Below, in pieces: positions 11,343 through 24,633 of a DNA stretch of 64,000 bases (position 1 is its first letter; each line of letters opens with the position of its first letter). Location of the stretch: NCBI GenBank assembly GCA_001179505.1, contig CDMY01000954.1, positions 62,001 to 126,000 on the forward strand, given 5' to 3'. The position numbers were made by a program, and so were the translations under genes. This DNA comes from Vitrella brassicaformis CCMP3155 (taxonomy: Eukaryota; Protista; Chromerida). The notes beneath the pieces are model-generated. The model worked only from the letters and a program-made list of their open reading frames with translations, made no database searches and was not told where the DNA came from.

Positions 11343-14300
11343 TCACTTCCTCTTGGCGCCGCCTGCGTTTGCGGCCCTTGGGTTGTTTGGGTTGAGTGAT
11401 GGGTAGTCTTCCTCCTCGTCCTCGCCGACATCGCCGTACCGCCACACGTTGACGTGCGACTTGCGGGCCGACTCCTCCTCCTTCTGCAGACGCGCAAACA
11501 ACTGCAAACCACACACCCACACCACACACCACACACACATGTAGGTGGGCTGAAGGGTGGTGGCTGGCCGACCCGGTCGACCTACCTTGGTGTTGGATTT
11601 CTTGTCCAGCCTCGCGAGGCCCTGGCGGACGAGCAGCTCGTTCAGCGACGCAGCGGGCGGACCACCTGCGGGCACAGACAGGGAGGCCGGTGAGAGGTGA
11701 AAGGAGGTGTCCCCCCTTGAGGCGTACTGTGGTTGTGTGCCTCCTCCTCGGTGAGGATGACGTGACGCTTGCCCGACTGGTCGATCCTCTCAACCTTACA
11801 GACAGACAGACAGGCAGGGGCGGACACACACAAACACACCGCTGCAGCTGACTGACGTGAATGCAACGGTGTGTTGGTACCTTGCAGTGGTAGAGTTTGC
11901 TGGCCGTTGAGTTGCTGAGGTACTGCGCCGCGTCCATCTCCATGTCAGGCGGCTCCAGCAATCCTATACTCACACACATACACAAACGCATCCATCCATC
12001 CATCCGCACAAGTGACGCCCGTGTCCCCATATGCGTGTGGATATATGTTCATACCTGCGAGAGTGCAGTGTTTGGCTTGGGGCGGTTTGGCGGCCGTGGT
12101 CAGGTTCGGTGGGCACCGACACAAACGAGACAACGGCAGACCCTCGCCATTGCCGTAGTCGATATACAGCACCTAACCCCACACACAGTCAAGTCACGCA
12201 CACACGTTTTCTTGGGTGTGTTGGAAGACCCCGTGTGTGTGCCAGCAGTGCTGTGGTGCTTACCGTGACTTCTTCTGTGAGTGTGTCTCTGCTCTCGACC
12301 CTAGCACGGTACCACTGCTGGTCGTCAGTGAATTTGCCGAGGACGATTTCGCCCTTCCTGGGTGGCCCGCCCGCCGAGTACTCATCGCCTGGCTTCATCT
12401 CCATCTCTGACAGCTGGCCGATGATTGCCTCCAATGTCTGATGTGCACACACACGCACACACACATACACACACACATACATCTGGGTGTCTGTGGGAGA
12501 GGGGCTGGGCGGGAGTGCTCACAGGGTTGTGTGTTTCCTGGATGTAGAAGGAGGTGATTGAGTTGATGTGCACCACAGCGACTGATGTGAGTGTGTCGTC
12601 GACCTCCCGGTCCTTCTCGTCCTCGATGCCGTTGGACGCCATGTCGGGCAATGACCACATCTGCACCCACAGAACACCATTACACATACGGCGCTTTGGT
12701 GTGGGTGTCGGAGGGGAGGTGTGGGTGGGTACCTTGAGCTTGGCCTGTTTGGCTTTGTTTTCCGCCGCGAGCAGCTCGTCCCGATAAGGCGACTGCTGCA
12801 CACTGAAACCCACAGTCACGGCGTAACCTAACAAACCACACAGGCGACACCCACACAACACACACCCCGATAAGAGAAAGTATGTGACAAAGCAGCAGAC
12901 GTGCAAGTGGGGAGGGGGGGAGGGACGTAAGTACCTACCGAGTTCGAGCAGTTCTACGGCCATGTTGATGCTTCTGTTTCTCCACATGGAACCGATGAAG
13001 TTGCCGCCCCGGTCACACGCGTCCACACACACCGTCACGTCATGCTGCAGCACATGCTCCCTGACAGACAGACATGCACACATACACACACACAGACAGC
13101 ACCATGCACGTGTGTGGCGAATTGATGGGAGCAAAATTCGTGGCTGCATACATACCTTGCGAATGCGATCGACTCCTCTGCGAAGGGCTCGTTGTCGCCT
13201 TTGGGTTTGCCGCCTGCCACGGTTGGCCGGGCTGTCATCGGACACTTGATGCCTTCACGCACACACGCACGCCCACACACGCACACGTGCCCTTCTTTGG
13301 CTGTGTGTGTGTGTTTGCTGTCTGTCTGCCTGTCTGTCTGTCACACCTCCAAGTGAGAAGGAGATGGCGATGTTTTGCGATGGGACCCGCAGCTTGTACC
13401 TGCCCGCGTTGAAGACGTGCTCGACGACGGCATCGAACTTGCCCAGACGGACCAACGAATTCTCAAAGGTGCGCGCCTAGGTGACAACCACAGCAGGCAT
13501 CTGTGTGTGTATGCGGGCGGCCGCCGTTGTGTGTTGCAGACGTGTACCCTGGCGGAGTTCTGCGGCCCCAGGAGGTCGTTGAGGCGATGCTTCGGCGCCT
13601 TCTTCTCGTCCCTGTCAACACACACGTCCATCCATTCCATCTCTCTCCCCTCTCTGTTGTGTTATATACTCACCCATGCAGCCCCAGCTTCTTCTCGACT
13701 GCCTCCTTCTCCTTCTCTACCAGGATGTCATAGTTGCCGGCGCGGTCGTCATCGGCCCGGTGCGACATGACCCGCGCGTAGCCCGCCGCCACGAGCATCT
13801 CGCTGAAGTTGCCGGCCGCCTTGGGGTCCTCGATGATGAGCGACACGTAGTGCATCCGGCCTTGCGCGTCACTCGCCGGCGGCGGGGCCGCACCACTCGC
13901 TGCACCCAACCGTCAACACAGACACAGAGAGACAGAGGGAGAGGGATCCACACCTGCGCAGATGGGGCGTGTGTGGTGTGGTATATGCACACGCACCTGA
14001 TTGAATGGGTTCCCTTGCGTAGTCGACGACGACCTTGACCTTTTTGTTGACGAGTTTCTTGCGCGCGAACTCCTTGGCGTCGAGTGACCATGGCTCGTCC
14101 TCCTTGCCGCGGCCGCCGGGGCGGGGGGCCTTGATCGACGCCAAATACAGCCGACGCTCCTGGTGAGTCGTCAGGTCCTGCTCAACAGACAGACAGACAG
14201 ACAGCGGTAGAGGGAGATACACAGGTGTGTGCGTGTGTGTGTGTTGGCGGGTTGGGTGTTGTGTAGGTTACGATAACAGTGACGCTGTCTGCTGAAGAGA

Positions 14301-16692
14301 TGTCGATGACCTTCGCGGGGTACTCACTGCCGCCCGCTGTGGTGGCACTCCGGTAATTCTGATGATCATGACACACACATACACATACGCCCATACTCGT
14401 ACAAACCAATGAGCGTCGTGCCCGTTGTCGGCCACCGACCTTCCATTTCCTCATCTTTTTGGTCTGGGCCTCTTTCTGCGCCTCGCGGAGGTGAACCAAC
14501 GACTCTACACACACATACACACACACACAGACGAAAATACACACATTTCAGGTTCCCCCATGTGTTTCTCTGATCGTGTCCTTACCGGCCATCCGCGCCG
14601 AGTAGTCTTGAATTTTGGCGAATCCCTGCTGCAGCAGAACGAGCGAGATGTTGCCGCCCTTGGGGTGCCAGATGGTGCCGTACAAGTTGCCGTACTCGTC
14701 CGCACCCTCCACACGCACATCCACATCGCGGTTCAGCACACGCACCTCCACAAAGTACTTGCACTCAGCTGCACACGCACACACGCATCCATCCATCCAT
14801 CCATCCAGCCATCCAGCCATCCATCCACCGCTGTATGTCCAGTCAGTCGTACCGGCGAATGGTTCGGCCTCGAGTGGCATTTGTTGCGGCGGTCCGCCGC
14901 CGCCATTTTCGACGATGGGTTTGTTGTCGCTGCCGAGGGGGGGCGCCGCGCGCTTCCACCCATCAGCCTGAGCACCAGGGGAAGGGGGGGCAACACACCC
15001 ATGTGTGTGCAGGTCGAGTCGACATTGCCCACCCAAGCCAAGTAGGTAGGTGTGTACCTGTATGCCTGTGAGTATGAGTGGGATGTATATGTTGTCTTGG
15101 GTGAAGATGACGCGGTAGGCCCCGCCGTCGCGCACATACTCGACAATCGCCGGCAGGCGCTCACCCCTGCACACACAGAGTCACACACAACACACACATC
15201 ATGACCCATTCATGTATCTGTCCATGGCTTGGTGTGTGTCTGTCTGTCTGTCATGCGTCTCTTACTTGTGCTTGGCAGCGAACGACTTGACAAAGTCGGC
15301 TGCAAAACACCACACACACACACACACACAGAGTACCTACCCATTGCAATGCATGCGCGTGTCCACTTCTTCCCTCTATGTGTGTGTGCGCGCGCGTGTG
15401 TGTGTTGGCGTACGGTCGTTTTGTGGGAAGGTAACTTGTCGCATTGTGGCATTTGCCGCGGCCGTGTCGTCTGTCCAGAGGCCTCGCTTGGCCGCCTGGG
15501 CCTCCTCCTCGGCAGCCTTCAGCTCTGACCGATCGACACACGCACAACCACACACGCATGTGCTCTCATGTCAACNNNNNNNNNNNNNNNNNNNNNNNNN
15601 NNNNNNNNNNNNNNNNNNNNNNNNNNNNNNNNNNNNNNNNNNNNNNNNNNNNNNNNNNNNNNNNNNNNNNNNNNNNNNNNNNNNNNNNNNNNNNNNNNNN
15701 NNNNNNNNNNNNNNNNNNNNNNNNNNNNNNNNNNNNNNNNNNNNNNNNNNNNNNNNNNNNNNNNNNNNNNNNNNNNNNNNNNNNNNNNNNNNNNNNNNNN
15801 NNNNNNNNNNNNNNNNNNNNNNNNNNNNNNNNNNNNNNNNNNNNNNNNNNNNNNNNNNNNNNNNNNNNNNNNNNNGGGGGGGGGCGGACCGTCGTAGTCA
15901 TGCGCGCCGGGCGATCTGTTGGGCTTCAGCTTGACCAGACCCTGTGTGTGGGGACAGACGCACAGACGCACAGACGCACAGACAGACAGACAGAAAAGGT
16001 TTGTCCATGTGCATGTGGGTGTGTATGCCCCCGGACAGTGTGTGTAGGTTTACTTACCTGTTTGAGCAGGTCTATGCTGATGGAGTTGCCCTCGAATTTG
16101 ATCCAGCCGTACTCGCGGTCATTCTGACTGTACTCAACCTTGAACTCCACCTAAACACACACACACACACACACACGCACACACGCGCGCACGCGCGCAT
16201 GATACCAATGCATGTGCGAGGGGCTCGTCCATCCATCCGGCACTCAGCCTGCTTGCCTGTTTGCCGATGATCTTCTTCCTGATGAACTCGCGAGCATTCC
16301 AACCGAACGGCTGACCACACACACACACACGCACACAGGCGCATGCACCAGCAAGGATAATGTGACGACCTGCACACCGCGTATGTGCGTACCTCGTCTT
16401 GTGTTTCCTTGGTGAGTGACTTCATGGCGATCCGCGGCGCTATGATGGAGGCCAGCGACAGCTGCTTCTCTGGAGGAGGACCACCTGACAGACAGATGCA
16501 AGATAGATCAAAGCAACACAATCACAATCACAACCACAACCACACGCACAGTGATCCGCCCCTCTCGGCTCTGCTTCTGTCCGTGTGTGTGTGTGTGTGA
16601 TGATCTGGTTGCTGCTTGCCTCTGGGTGCTCCGACGAGGACGAATGTGTCGCCCGAGACCACCTGCTTCACCGTAGCGAACCCGCCTGCCAT
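11343..16692 (-). CDS. SND1: Tudor staphylococcal nuclease (Tudor-SN/p100), multi-exon, spans an assembly gap
   Basis: N-terminus MAGGFATVKQVVSGDTFVLVG, then LSLASIIAPR, PFGWNAREFIRKKIIGK, RLYLASIKAPR and EPWSLDAKEFARKKLVNKKVKVVVDY. Tudor domain GKFTDDQQWYRARV...LYIDYGNGE. Last SN segment LNELLVRQGLARL...NVWRYGD. Confidence 0.95.
15576..15875. other. Assembly gap (300 N) inside SND1
   Basis: Exactly 300 N, followed by poly-G. Confidence 1.
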
Positions 16693-17141
16693 CGTCACCG
16701 ACCTTTGCACCCCACGCAATTAAGAGGCAAACCAGCCTCAGGTCAGTCACTCCACTGCTGTTTTGGCTTGCAGATCAGATCTTCGCTTGGTTTTCGCACT
16801 CACCTGCCCTGCTGCCTCCCCCGGTCTGGTCTGTCTGTCTGCTGTGCGCAAACCAAGCGCACCAAAGCTTCTCTGCTCGCGGCTTAGCTCGCAGACTTCT
16901 CGAAGGGAAGAGGAAAAGGGACGAAGAAGGTGTGCATCTGGGTCTCGCTGAAGGTGCTTTGGGCATTGCGCGTGTGTGTGGTCGCTTTGAAACAAACTGC
17001 TTGAGCTGAAACAGTCAGTCAAGCCAGTCATGCGGCGAAGGTGACTGCCTTGAAGCCTCTTTGCCTGCTTCCCTTGCCGGCCTGCATAGCTTGCCTGTTG
17101 TGAGCGGGAGATATATATCGGCCTTTGTGCTCATACTGAGG
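16693..17141. promoter_or_regulatory. Putative bidirectional promoter (SND1 / STE20 kinase)
   Basis: Divergent ATGs lie about 450 bp apart. This is positional inference only. Confidence 0.45.
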
Positions 17142-18966
17142 ATGGCTGCACCAGCAGCCGAGAAGGAGAGTGAGTGGCCGGTGAAGCCCGAAGGATATCA
17201 GCTGACGGCTCCTGTCGGATATGGCACCTTCGCCACGGTCAGATTATGAGGGATCTGCTTGTGCCAACGCCAGGCGGCTCTTCTCTCTCTCTCTCTCTCT
17301 CTCTTCAACCGTGTGGTGTGTGCGTCTGTGTGTCAGGTGTTTAAGGCGTTGGTGCTGGAGGGTCCGCACAAGGGCGAGAATGTCGGCATCAAGGTCACAG
17401 AGCTGGAGCAGTTCCCACCCGACTCAAATATGGGAGAAATTAAGGTCAGACAGAGAGAGAGCACACAAGCTTTCTGAACATTCTGACACCCGTGTGTGTG
17501 TGTGTGTCTTTGTGTGTCTTAATGCTGGTCAGACTGAGATGTACACGATGCAGAGCGTGCCGGACCACCCCAACATCATCAAGTACAACGTGGTCTTCGC
17601 CACCAAGACACAGCTCTGGCTCGTCATGCCCTACATGGCCGGCGGCTCCTGCGAGAACGTCATGCAGTACGGCGCACCGGGGGGATTTAAGGTCTGTCAG
17701 CAGCCCAGCCCAGCCACCCACACACAGTAGCCATCACTCATCGGCCCACATCTGACTACGCGTGTGTGTGCGTGTGTGTGTGTGTGGTTGGTGCGTTAGA
17801 ATGTGTCACTGCTGGCGTATGTGTTGCGGGAGACGGCGACGGCTCTCAAGTGTCTGCACGACAACGACATCATGCACAGGGACCTAAAAGCCGGCAACAT
17901 ACTACTCGACACCAATGGTTGGTCGGCCAGCCATACCACACACACACACACCAGCGTCTCTCTGTGCTATGTGTCTATTGGTCTGGTTTGTCTCTGTGTG
18001 TGTCTTTAGGGGACGTTCGTCTGGCTGACTTTGGCGTGTCGGCGTCGTTGAAGGAGGTCAAGACCAGACACACGTTCGCCGGCACACCTTGCTGGATGGC
18101 ACCCGAAGTGCTCGCACCGGTCAGCTGACTGCTGGCATACACACACACACAGATGCTTACACTCCCTCACTCATCTGTGTGTTGTGTTGTATGTGGGTTG
18201 TGAGTAGAGTCAGGGCGGCGAGGAGCAGGGCTACGACATGCGGGCTGACGTCTGGTCGTTCGGCATCGTCGCCCTCGAACTCGCAAAAGGAGAGGTGCGT
18301 CCGTCCGTGAACCTCACTCAAACCACCACAAACCCCCCACACCATACCCACACATCCTTCTCTACCATGTCCGTCCGTCAGGCGCCGTTCCAGCGTCTGC
18401 CTCCGCTGAAGGCCATGATGATGATCATCCACAACGACCCGCAGCACCTGAGCGCCGCCCAGGGCGGCGTCGACCAGGACTTCGCCGACACGGTCAATGC
18501 CTGCCTGCAGAAGGACCCCGCCAAGCGACCCTCCATGGACACCCTCCTCACCACCAACCCATACAAGCGCTTCTTCGCTAAGGCCGCCGGCGGACGGGAG
18601 GCACTCGTCCAGCTCCTCGGGGGGCTGCCCTCACTCGACGGCAGGACCAGTGCACCACCTGTCAGCGCGCAAGCACAGGGCGGGTAAGAGACTTACTTGC
18701 ACCACCTAGGCATGAACAACCTACACACACCATGCCGCAGCAGTACCATACTCATGTCGGTCTGTCGTGTCTCTGTGTGTCTTAGTGGCGGTCCGGGCGG
18801 CCCGTCGTGGGACTTTGCGGTGTTGCAGGAGGGCGAGAGCAACAACAGCAAGAGGGCGGGGGGAGGGGGAGGGGGCAGCCGGGGGGGCGGGCCGTCATCG
18901 TCTGGTGGAGCGCAGAAGCAGCCGTCGGCTGACCCGCTCGAGGGACTCGCTGAGACGGAGACCTGA
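17142..18966 (+). CDS. STE20-family Ser/Thr kinase, OSR1/SPAK/Fray-like
   Basis: [11 protein letters not shown]...[88 protein letters not shown]. Spliced over about 8 exons. Confidence 0.92.
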
Positions 18967-19075
18967 TCATGGGATGGCTATGCCATGGCCGAGCCCCGGG
19001 CAGCCGGCAGATAGCCATCCGTATGCTTACGTATCTGTGTGTAGGGGCTGATGTGAGGGGGGGGGGGGTTGACAT

Positions 19076-19375
19076 NNNNNNNNNNNNNNNNNNNNNNNNN
19101 NNNNNNNNNNNNNNNNNNNNNNNNNNNNNNNNNNNNNNNNNNNNNNNNNNNNNNNNNNNNNNNNNNNNNNNNNNNNNNNNNNNNNNNNNNNNNNNNNNNN
19201 NNNNNNNNNNNNNNNNNNNNNNNNNNNNNNNNNNNNNNNNNNNNNNNNNNNNNNNNNNNNNNNNNNNNNNNNNNNNNNNNNNNNNNNNNNNNNNNNNNNN
19301 NNNNNNNNNNNNNNNNNNNNNNNNNNNNNNNNNNNNNNNNNNNNNNNNNNNNNNNNNNNNNNNNNNNNNNNNNNN
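19076..19375. other. Assembly gap (300 N)
   Basis: The same poly-G-TTGACAT sequence lies on both sides. Confidence 1.
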
Positions 19376-20563
19376 GGGGGGGGGGGTTGACATCTGTAGA
19401 GTTTTGTACATGGAGGGACGGACAAATGGATGGATGGATGGATGGACGTACATATGATCAATCAGATACAGACAATTCAAGAGACAGACAGACAGTCAGA
19501 CAGACAGACAGACAGAAGGACAGGTTTTGCTGAGGCGGATTGAGTGGGTGGATGGATGGATGGTGTGAGTGGGTTGGCAATCAACAGTTTCTGAGGTTGT
19601 ACAAAGGAGGATATTATCGTGGCTCGATGTGCGCGGTGGATCTGCACCATCGGTGCTGCTGCGGGAGGGAGAGAGACGGTGGGGCGATATGAGATTGGAC
19701 AGATAGGGACGGAGGGCCGAGACAGACAGCCAGTGAGCTCCGGGTGGTATTGGTCGGTGTTGGGTGGTTGAAGCACATGGAGCAAGAGAGGCTGCTCGGT
19801 ATACGATCGAGTGTGTGTGTCCGTGTGACGGTTTATGCCTTTGTCTGTCGTGTCCTCTCATCTGTGTGTCCTTCCTTTATGGCGCCATGGCTGCCTGCCT
19901 GCCTGCCTATCCCCTCCGTGTTTCTCGTACACCATTATTCCATTCCACTGGTTGTCTGTCTGCCTTCATGGCATGGATCGACATATGGTATGGCGGTCCA
20001 TTGCGTGTGTCCGTCAGCCAGCCAGATCCTCATCAGCCAGCCAGCCGTCTTTCTGTTGCGTACCTGTATTTGTACAGACACAGACAGCTGACCGAACGAA
20101 CGAACGGCCGACAGATCGACCAGCCAGCCAGCCACCCAGCCAGCCATGGCAAACAAGCATGTGTCGGTCGATAAGTGTGTAAGATGGATAAATAAAAGAG
20201 GCACTCGACTTGAACGAACCCACCAGTCAGTCGCCACAAAACCCCAAACAATTATGGTAGGTATGCAGATGGATAAAAAAGAACGCTCTTCAGCCGCCAG
20301 CAGAGGCTGCCGTGCGATTCCCTCCCCCAAGACAAAAAACCTGCGAGGGCTCCACCCAGCCATGCATGCTCCCATCCATCCAGAAAATGGCCCTCACGTG
20401 GGCTGACTCGAGAAAACCACCGTCGCCCCGAATCACACACAGACACAGACACACCCCACACCCACTAGACAAACCTCCACAAATCACACGAACACATGAA
20501 GGTGCATAAACTACCCACCCCATTGACCCCACCCGCCCCATCTATCAGAGCTGTTTTCATCAG

Positions 20564-22593
20564 CTATATGGCGTCGATGTCATCCTGCTCCTGCAGCGGC
20601 ACCCGCACCCACCTGGCCTCGTACGTCTTGTTTTTGTGCTGAAACAGCCGATACTCCAGCAAGTTGCCCTCACCGTCACGAGTCGACCGCAGCAACGTCT
20701 GATAAGTGGGGCCGCGGGACGCCGTCGTGTTGGTGTGGGTGTGGGTGTCGTCTGTCCTGATGCGTCGGCCGCCCTGGGGAGTGTGGCCATGTGCGTGTGA
20801 TGAGCGGTTGCTGTGTGGGGTGGCGGGCATGGGCACCTTGCACTCCCCAAGGATGGGCTGCAGCGTCAGCAGCACATTCTCATCCCATACGAGCATCATC
20901 TGGGCATTCACCAACTCCTGTAGTAGGAGAACACGCCACACACAGGCAAGAGGCGTCCATGGATCCATCCATCCATCCATCCATCCATCTGTGTGGGGGA
21001 GTCTACACGTACATTGGTGACTTCGACGAGCCGATGGCTGATGGACCGCAGGCGCGCCACCACACACGGCACCGCATTGATGGCCCCCACATACACGGCC
21101 GCCGCCCCGTTGAGCACCAGCCCGCACACGATCTCGCCAACGTCACCCTCCAGCCGATCGCCTCTCTTCTTGTTCCGCAGCAGCCAGCACAGCCCCACGA
21201 GCAGCAGGTTCACCGCCAGCACCGCCAAAGCAGGGGCGGCCCAGAGCAGCATCCCCTGCTTGGTGCGGAAGGGGCGCGACGCCTTTGCCGCGTCTCTGTG
21301 GAGGGCGATGGAGAGGTAAGTGTGCAGGTCCTCCTCCATGGCGTAGATGCAGTTGTCCTTGATGCGGTCAAAGGTTGGCCCGACCATCCGTGGAGTGGGC
21401 AGAGTGAAGCAGTTGCGGATGCGCAGCTCTAATGCGTCGACCTCGGCGAGTAACTTCCCAACCATGCCGCGACCTGATTGGTGGGTGAATCAGACACAAC
21501 GCACGGACCGCACACACAGAGACCTAGACACGGACTCATTGTGTCGGTCGGTGCATCTTGTCACTCACCGTAGTGTGGGTGGCTGGTGAGGGGGTGGCCC
21601 GCAGAGAGCGATGAGGTCGGCCCGCTCAGAACGGTGCTCGTCATGGTTGGCGCAAAGGACCCTCCTGCGTCGCTCATCTCGCCCCCATGCAGCGACCGAT
21701 ACCGATACACATCGCCCCCCTCCCCCCGATCATCCCCCTCCACCAGCACGCTGCCGCTGCCGGTGCCCGACGTCTCCCGCACCTTGTCGCATATGCCCTC
21801 GATGAACGAGTGCGCAACACGCCGATGGCTGATGTAGTCGAACACAAACAGCAGCAGCACCACCCCGGCCAGCACCAGGGTGGCGGCGGCGAACACACTG
21901 GGGTAGTGCAGCTGCACCACCCTAATCGGCAGCTCGTGGCCGGCGTGCTCACGGTACACCCTCTTCACCTCATGCACACCGAACCGGGCAACCAAGACCA
22001 CCATTGCCCACGCAGCGATGGCCAACCACATGGCAAAGACAAGGCAGCATGATCTGGGCGACCATGAGGGCGCCTTTACGCCCTGATGCACAGCTGGCGT
22101 GGCCGCGGGGAAGCCGAGAGTGTCGCCCATGCAGCAGAGGAGGGGCAGGCATGACTCGGGCGCCCACCGCTTGGACCGCTCGTCGAGGGCGTATCGAGTC
22201 ATGAGGGAGCGGAGGGAAACCCGCAGACGCAGAAACGACCGACGCGTCGGTGAGCACAAGAGACGAACCTGCAGATCAGATCAGACACATATTCAAAATT
22301 TTCTGTGGATCTGCATGCCTTCTCCGTGTTCCCTCCCCTCCCTCCTTGCTGCTCACATCGTTCCGGATGCCCTTGTCGTCCATCTGTTCCACCGCTGCCG
22401 GTCCACCATGTCCACCATCCAGCCTGTCACGGGCCTCGTCCGCATCAACAGGCACGGCGGTCAGCTCAATGCTGCGCTGGGGCTGCAGCGGCTGACTGTG
22501 CTTGGACGACGATAGGCGCCGTATGTCAGCTGCGCTGGTGCCGATTTCCTCCTCTGCTGTGAGCAGCAGGGCGGATCTATCGTCGACATTCAT
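20564..22593 (-). CDS. Hypothetical multi-pass membrane protein (about 4 TM segments)
   Basis: ORFs 22276-22593, 21561-22259, 20908-21465 and 20564-21127 are separated by microsatellite introns. Hydrophobic stretches: CCLVFAMWLAIAAWAMVVLV, VFAAATLVLAGVVLLLFVF, LLWAAPALAVLAVNLLLVGLCWLL, IVCGLVLNGAAAVYVGAI. No family recognised. Confidence 0.6.
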
Positions 22594-22733
22594 GATGCAG
22601 CCGGCTGTGGGCGCCGTCGCGCCGCAGATCTAGCGGAATATCATTGTATCAAACAGCCCCTTCGCTGCTTTAAGCTCGCAGCAGTCCATGTCTGAGCTCG
22701 CTGAAGGACAATCGTTAGCGAGTTCCAGACCCC
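22594..22733. promoter_or_regulatory. Very short (140 bp) divergent intergenic region, putative bidirectional promoter
   Basis: ATG at 22593 (-) and ATG at 22734 (+). Confidence 0.4.
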
Positions 22734-23477
22734 ATGGCGACGCCAGCATCGCTGCCGTGTGAGGTCGGCACCGTGACCGGCCTGTTCGCGGGCACTCCTG
22801 CACTGCTCTCATCATCCACAAGCGGACGCTTCAAGGTGAGGTGGACTCGACAGATAGATCTGCACAGCACAGGCACATATATCGCTCTGTGCTGTCTTTT
22901 ATATTATGCGCTATTCAGTTGTACTCGTCGATTGACAAGCAGCCGCTGGGTCAGAAGGCGACAATCACGAAAGACGGCGTGGTTGGCGACCAGCCCACCG
23001 ACAGCAAAGACAGCGACTTGGGGATGCTGCAGGGTGTCCATGGTGGTCCTGAGAGGGCGGTGATGATGTTCAACGTGAGCAGCGGCTAACAATTAATTGA
23101 TTGCAACACACAAGCGGGTTGATCAGTCCTGATGGATGCATGGCTGGCTGGCTGCTGTTTGTCCCCCAGGAGGGCACGTATGATGACGTCAAGGCGTGGA
23201 TCAAGGACAAGGGGGCGGGGGTGAAGGCGGATGTCGTCAGGAAGGCACTCGACAGATGCTTCCCGCCCGCGTTCGGTGAGCCAGCTGCTCGGCCAGGGGT
23301 GGAGAAAGTGCACTCTGTGTTGTGTGTGTGCAGGTGAGAACGTGTCGGTTAAGGGTATGCTGTCGGAAGCCACCACATGCATCGGGGACATCTATGAGAT
23401 CGGCGACGTCAAGCTCGAGGTCTGCCAGCCCAGAGGTACTACATTCACACTCACACGCACCCACCCACCCACACACA

Positions 23478-23544
<67 letters not shown>

Positions 23545-24265
23545 GACAACGAGCATGGCGGTGATGTGTTGTGTTCTGTGTTGTGTTGTCAGATCCATGC
23601 TTCAAGCTAGTGCATCGTTTTGGCGGCTTCCCAAACTTCACACGTAACTTGGTGGTCGAGAAGGGCATTGCCGGCTGGTTCTCACGGGTGCTGCAGGGCG
23701 GCGACATCAAGGTCACACCCACACACAATACACAAAACCATACCATACCACCACACACACGCTCTCATCTCTTCCCTCTGTGCGTGTGCATGTGTGTGTG
23801 CAGATTGGCGACCGCATAGTGCTCATCGCCCGCCCCAACCCTGAGCTGGTGCTCAAAGACCTCTCGGTGCGCTTCCATCACGAAAAGGACACCGACCAGC
23901 GATGGCTGGCTCGTCTCAAGGACTGCCCGCAGCTGTCCACCTCGTGGCGCACCCAAGTGGAGAGCCGCATGCACCAGAGGGGCAAGGAGGGCACATTCGA
24001 CAAGGCTCTCACCGTTGGTGTCAAGTGCATCAAGAACAGCGACCAGCGCTTCAACACCGAGAAGACATTTGCCAGTGAGAGAGAGCTGCGGGCATTTGCG
24101 TGGGACGGTGGTGAGTGGGGCGTGGCGGATGGGGGCGGGTGGGTGAGTGTGGTGAAGAGGGAGTGGCTGCTGTACGGGGGAGTGGCCGCTGCTGCTGTGG
24201 CTGTGTCGGCTGCTGTGTTGGTGGCGGCCATGCGACACACGCGCACGATGCAGCGGTCTACGTGA
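22734..24265 (+). CDS. MOSC-domain protein, YiiM-like (MOSC + 3-alpha-like region) with C-terminal tail anchor
   Basis: SSIDKQP, VHGGPERAV, FGENVSV, CIGDIYEIG, LEVCQPR|DPCFKL (conserved MOSC Cys), GWFSRVLQGGDI.GD.I. C-terminal hydrophobic WLLYGGVAAAAVAVSAAVLVAAM followed by RHTR. Confidence 0.85.
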
Positions 24266-24633
24266 GTGAGAAGGAGTGAGGGAGGAACGTGTAGAGTGTT
24301 CTTTGTGTCAGAGTGTGTTGTGCGGTGAGCAGCACATGTGGCGATGAGCTTTATGGCGTTGTGTGCGTGGGTGGTGTCGTGCTGTCCACGTATGAATTTC
24401 CGGGTCTGCCCGCCTTGTCGGTTTTTGCACAAGAAGGGCAGAAGGCGATTAAGTGTTTGTGTGTGCGCGTCGGCCATGACTGACAAGAGAGGATGGGTGT
24501 ACGACGTTCGCAGTGAAGTCAGGTGATGAACAAAGATCGGTCTTACACAGCGAGATAGGAGCACCAGCACATGTAGCAATGACATCATGCAACTACCATT
24601 ACAGAATTACTCGGCACACACCGCTTGAAGCAC

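Noticed and set aside
15212-16127. Long ORFs containing X runs (also near 19 kb, 32-34 kb, 50 kb and 56 kb)
   Set aside because: They are artefacts of translating through N gaps.
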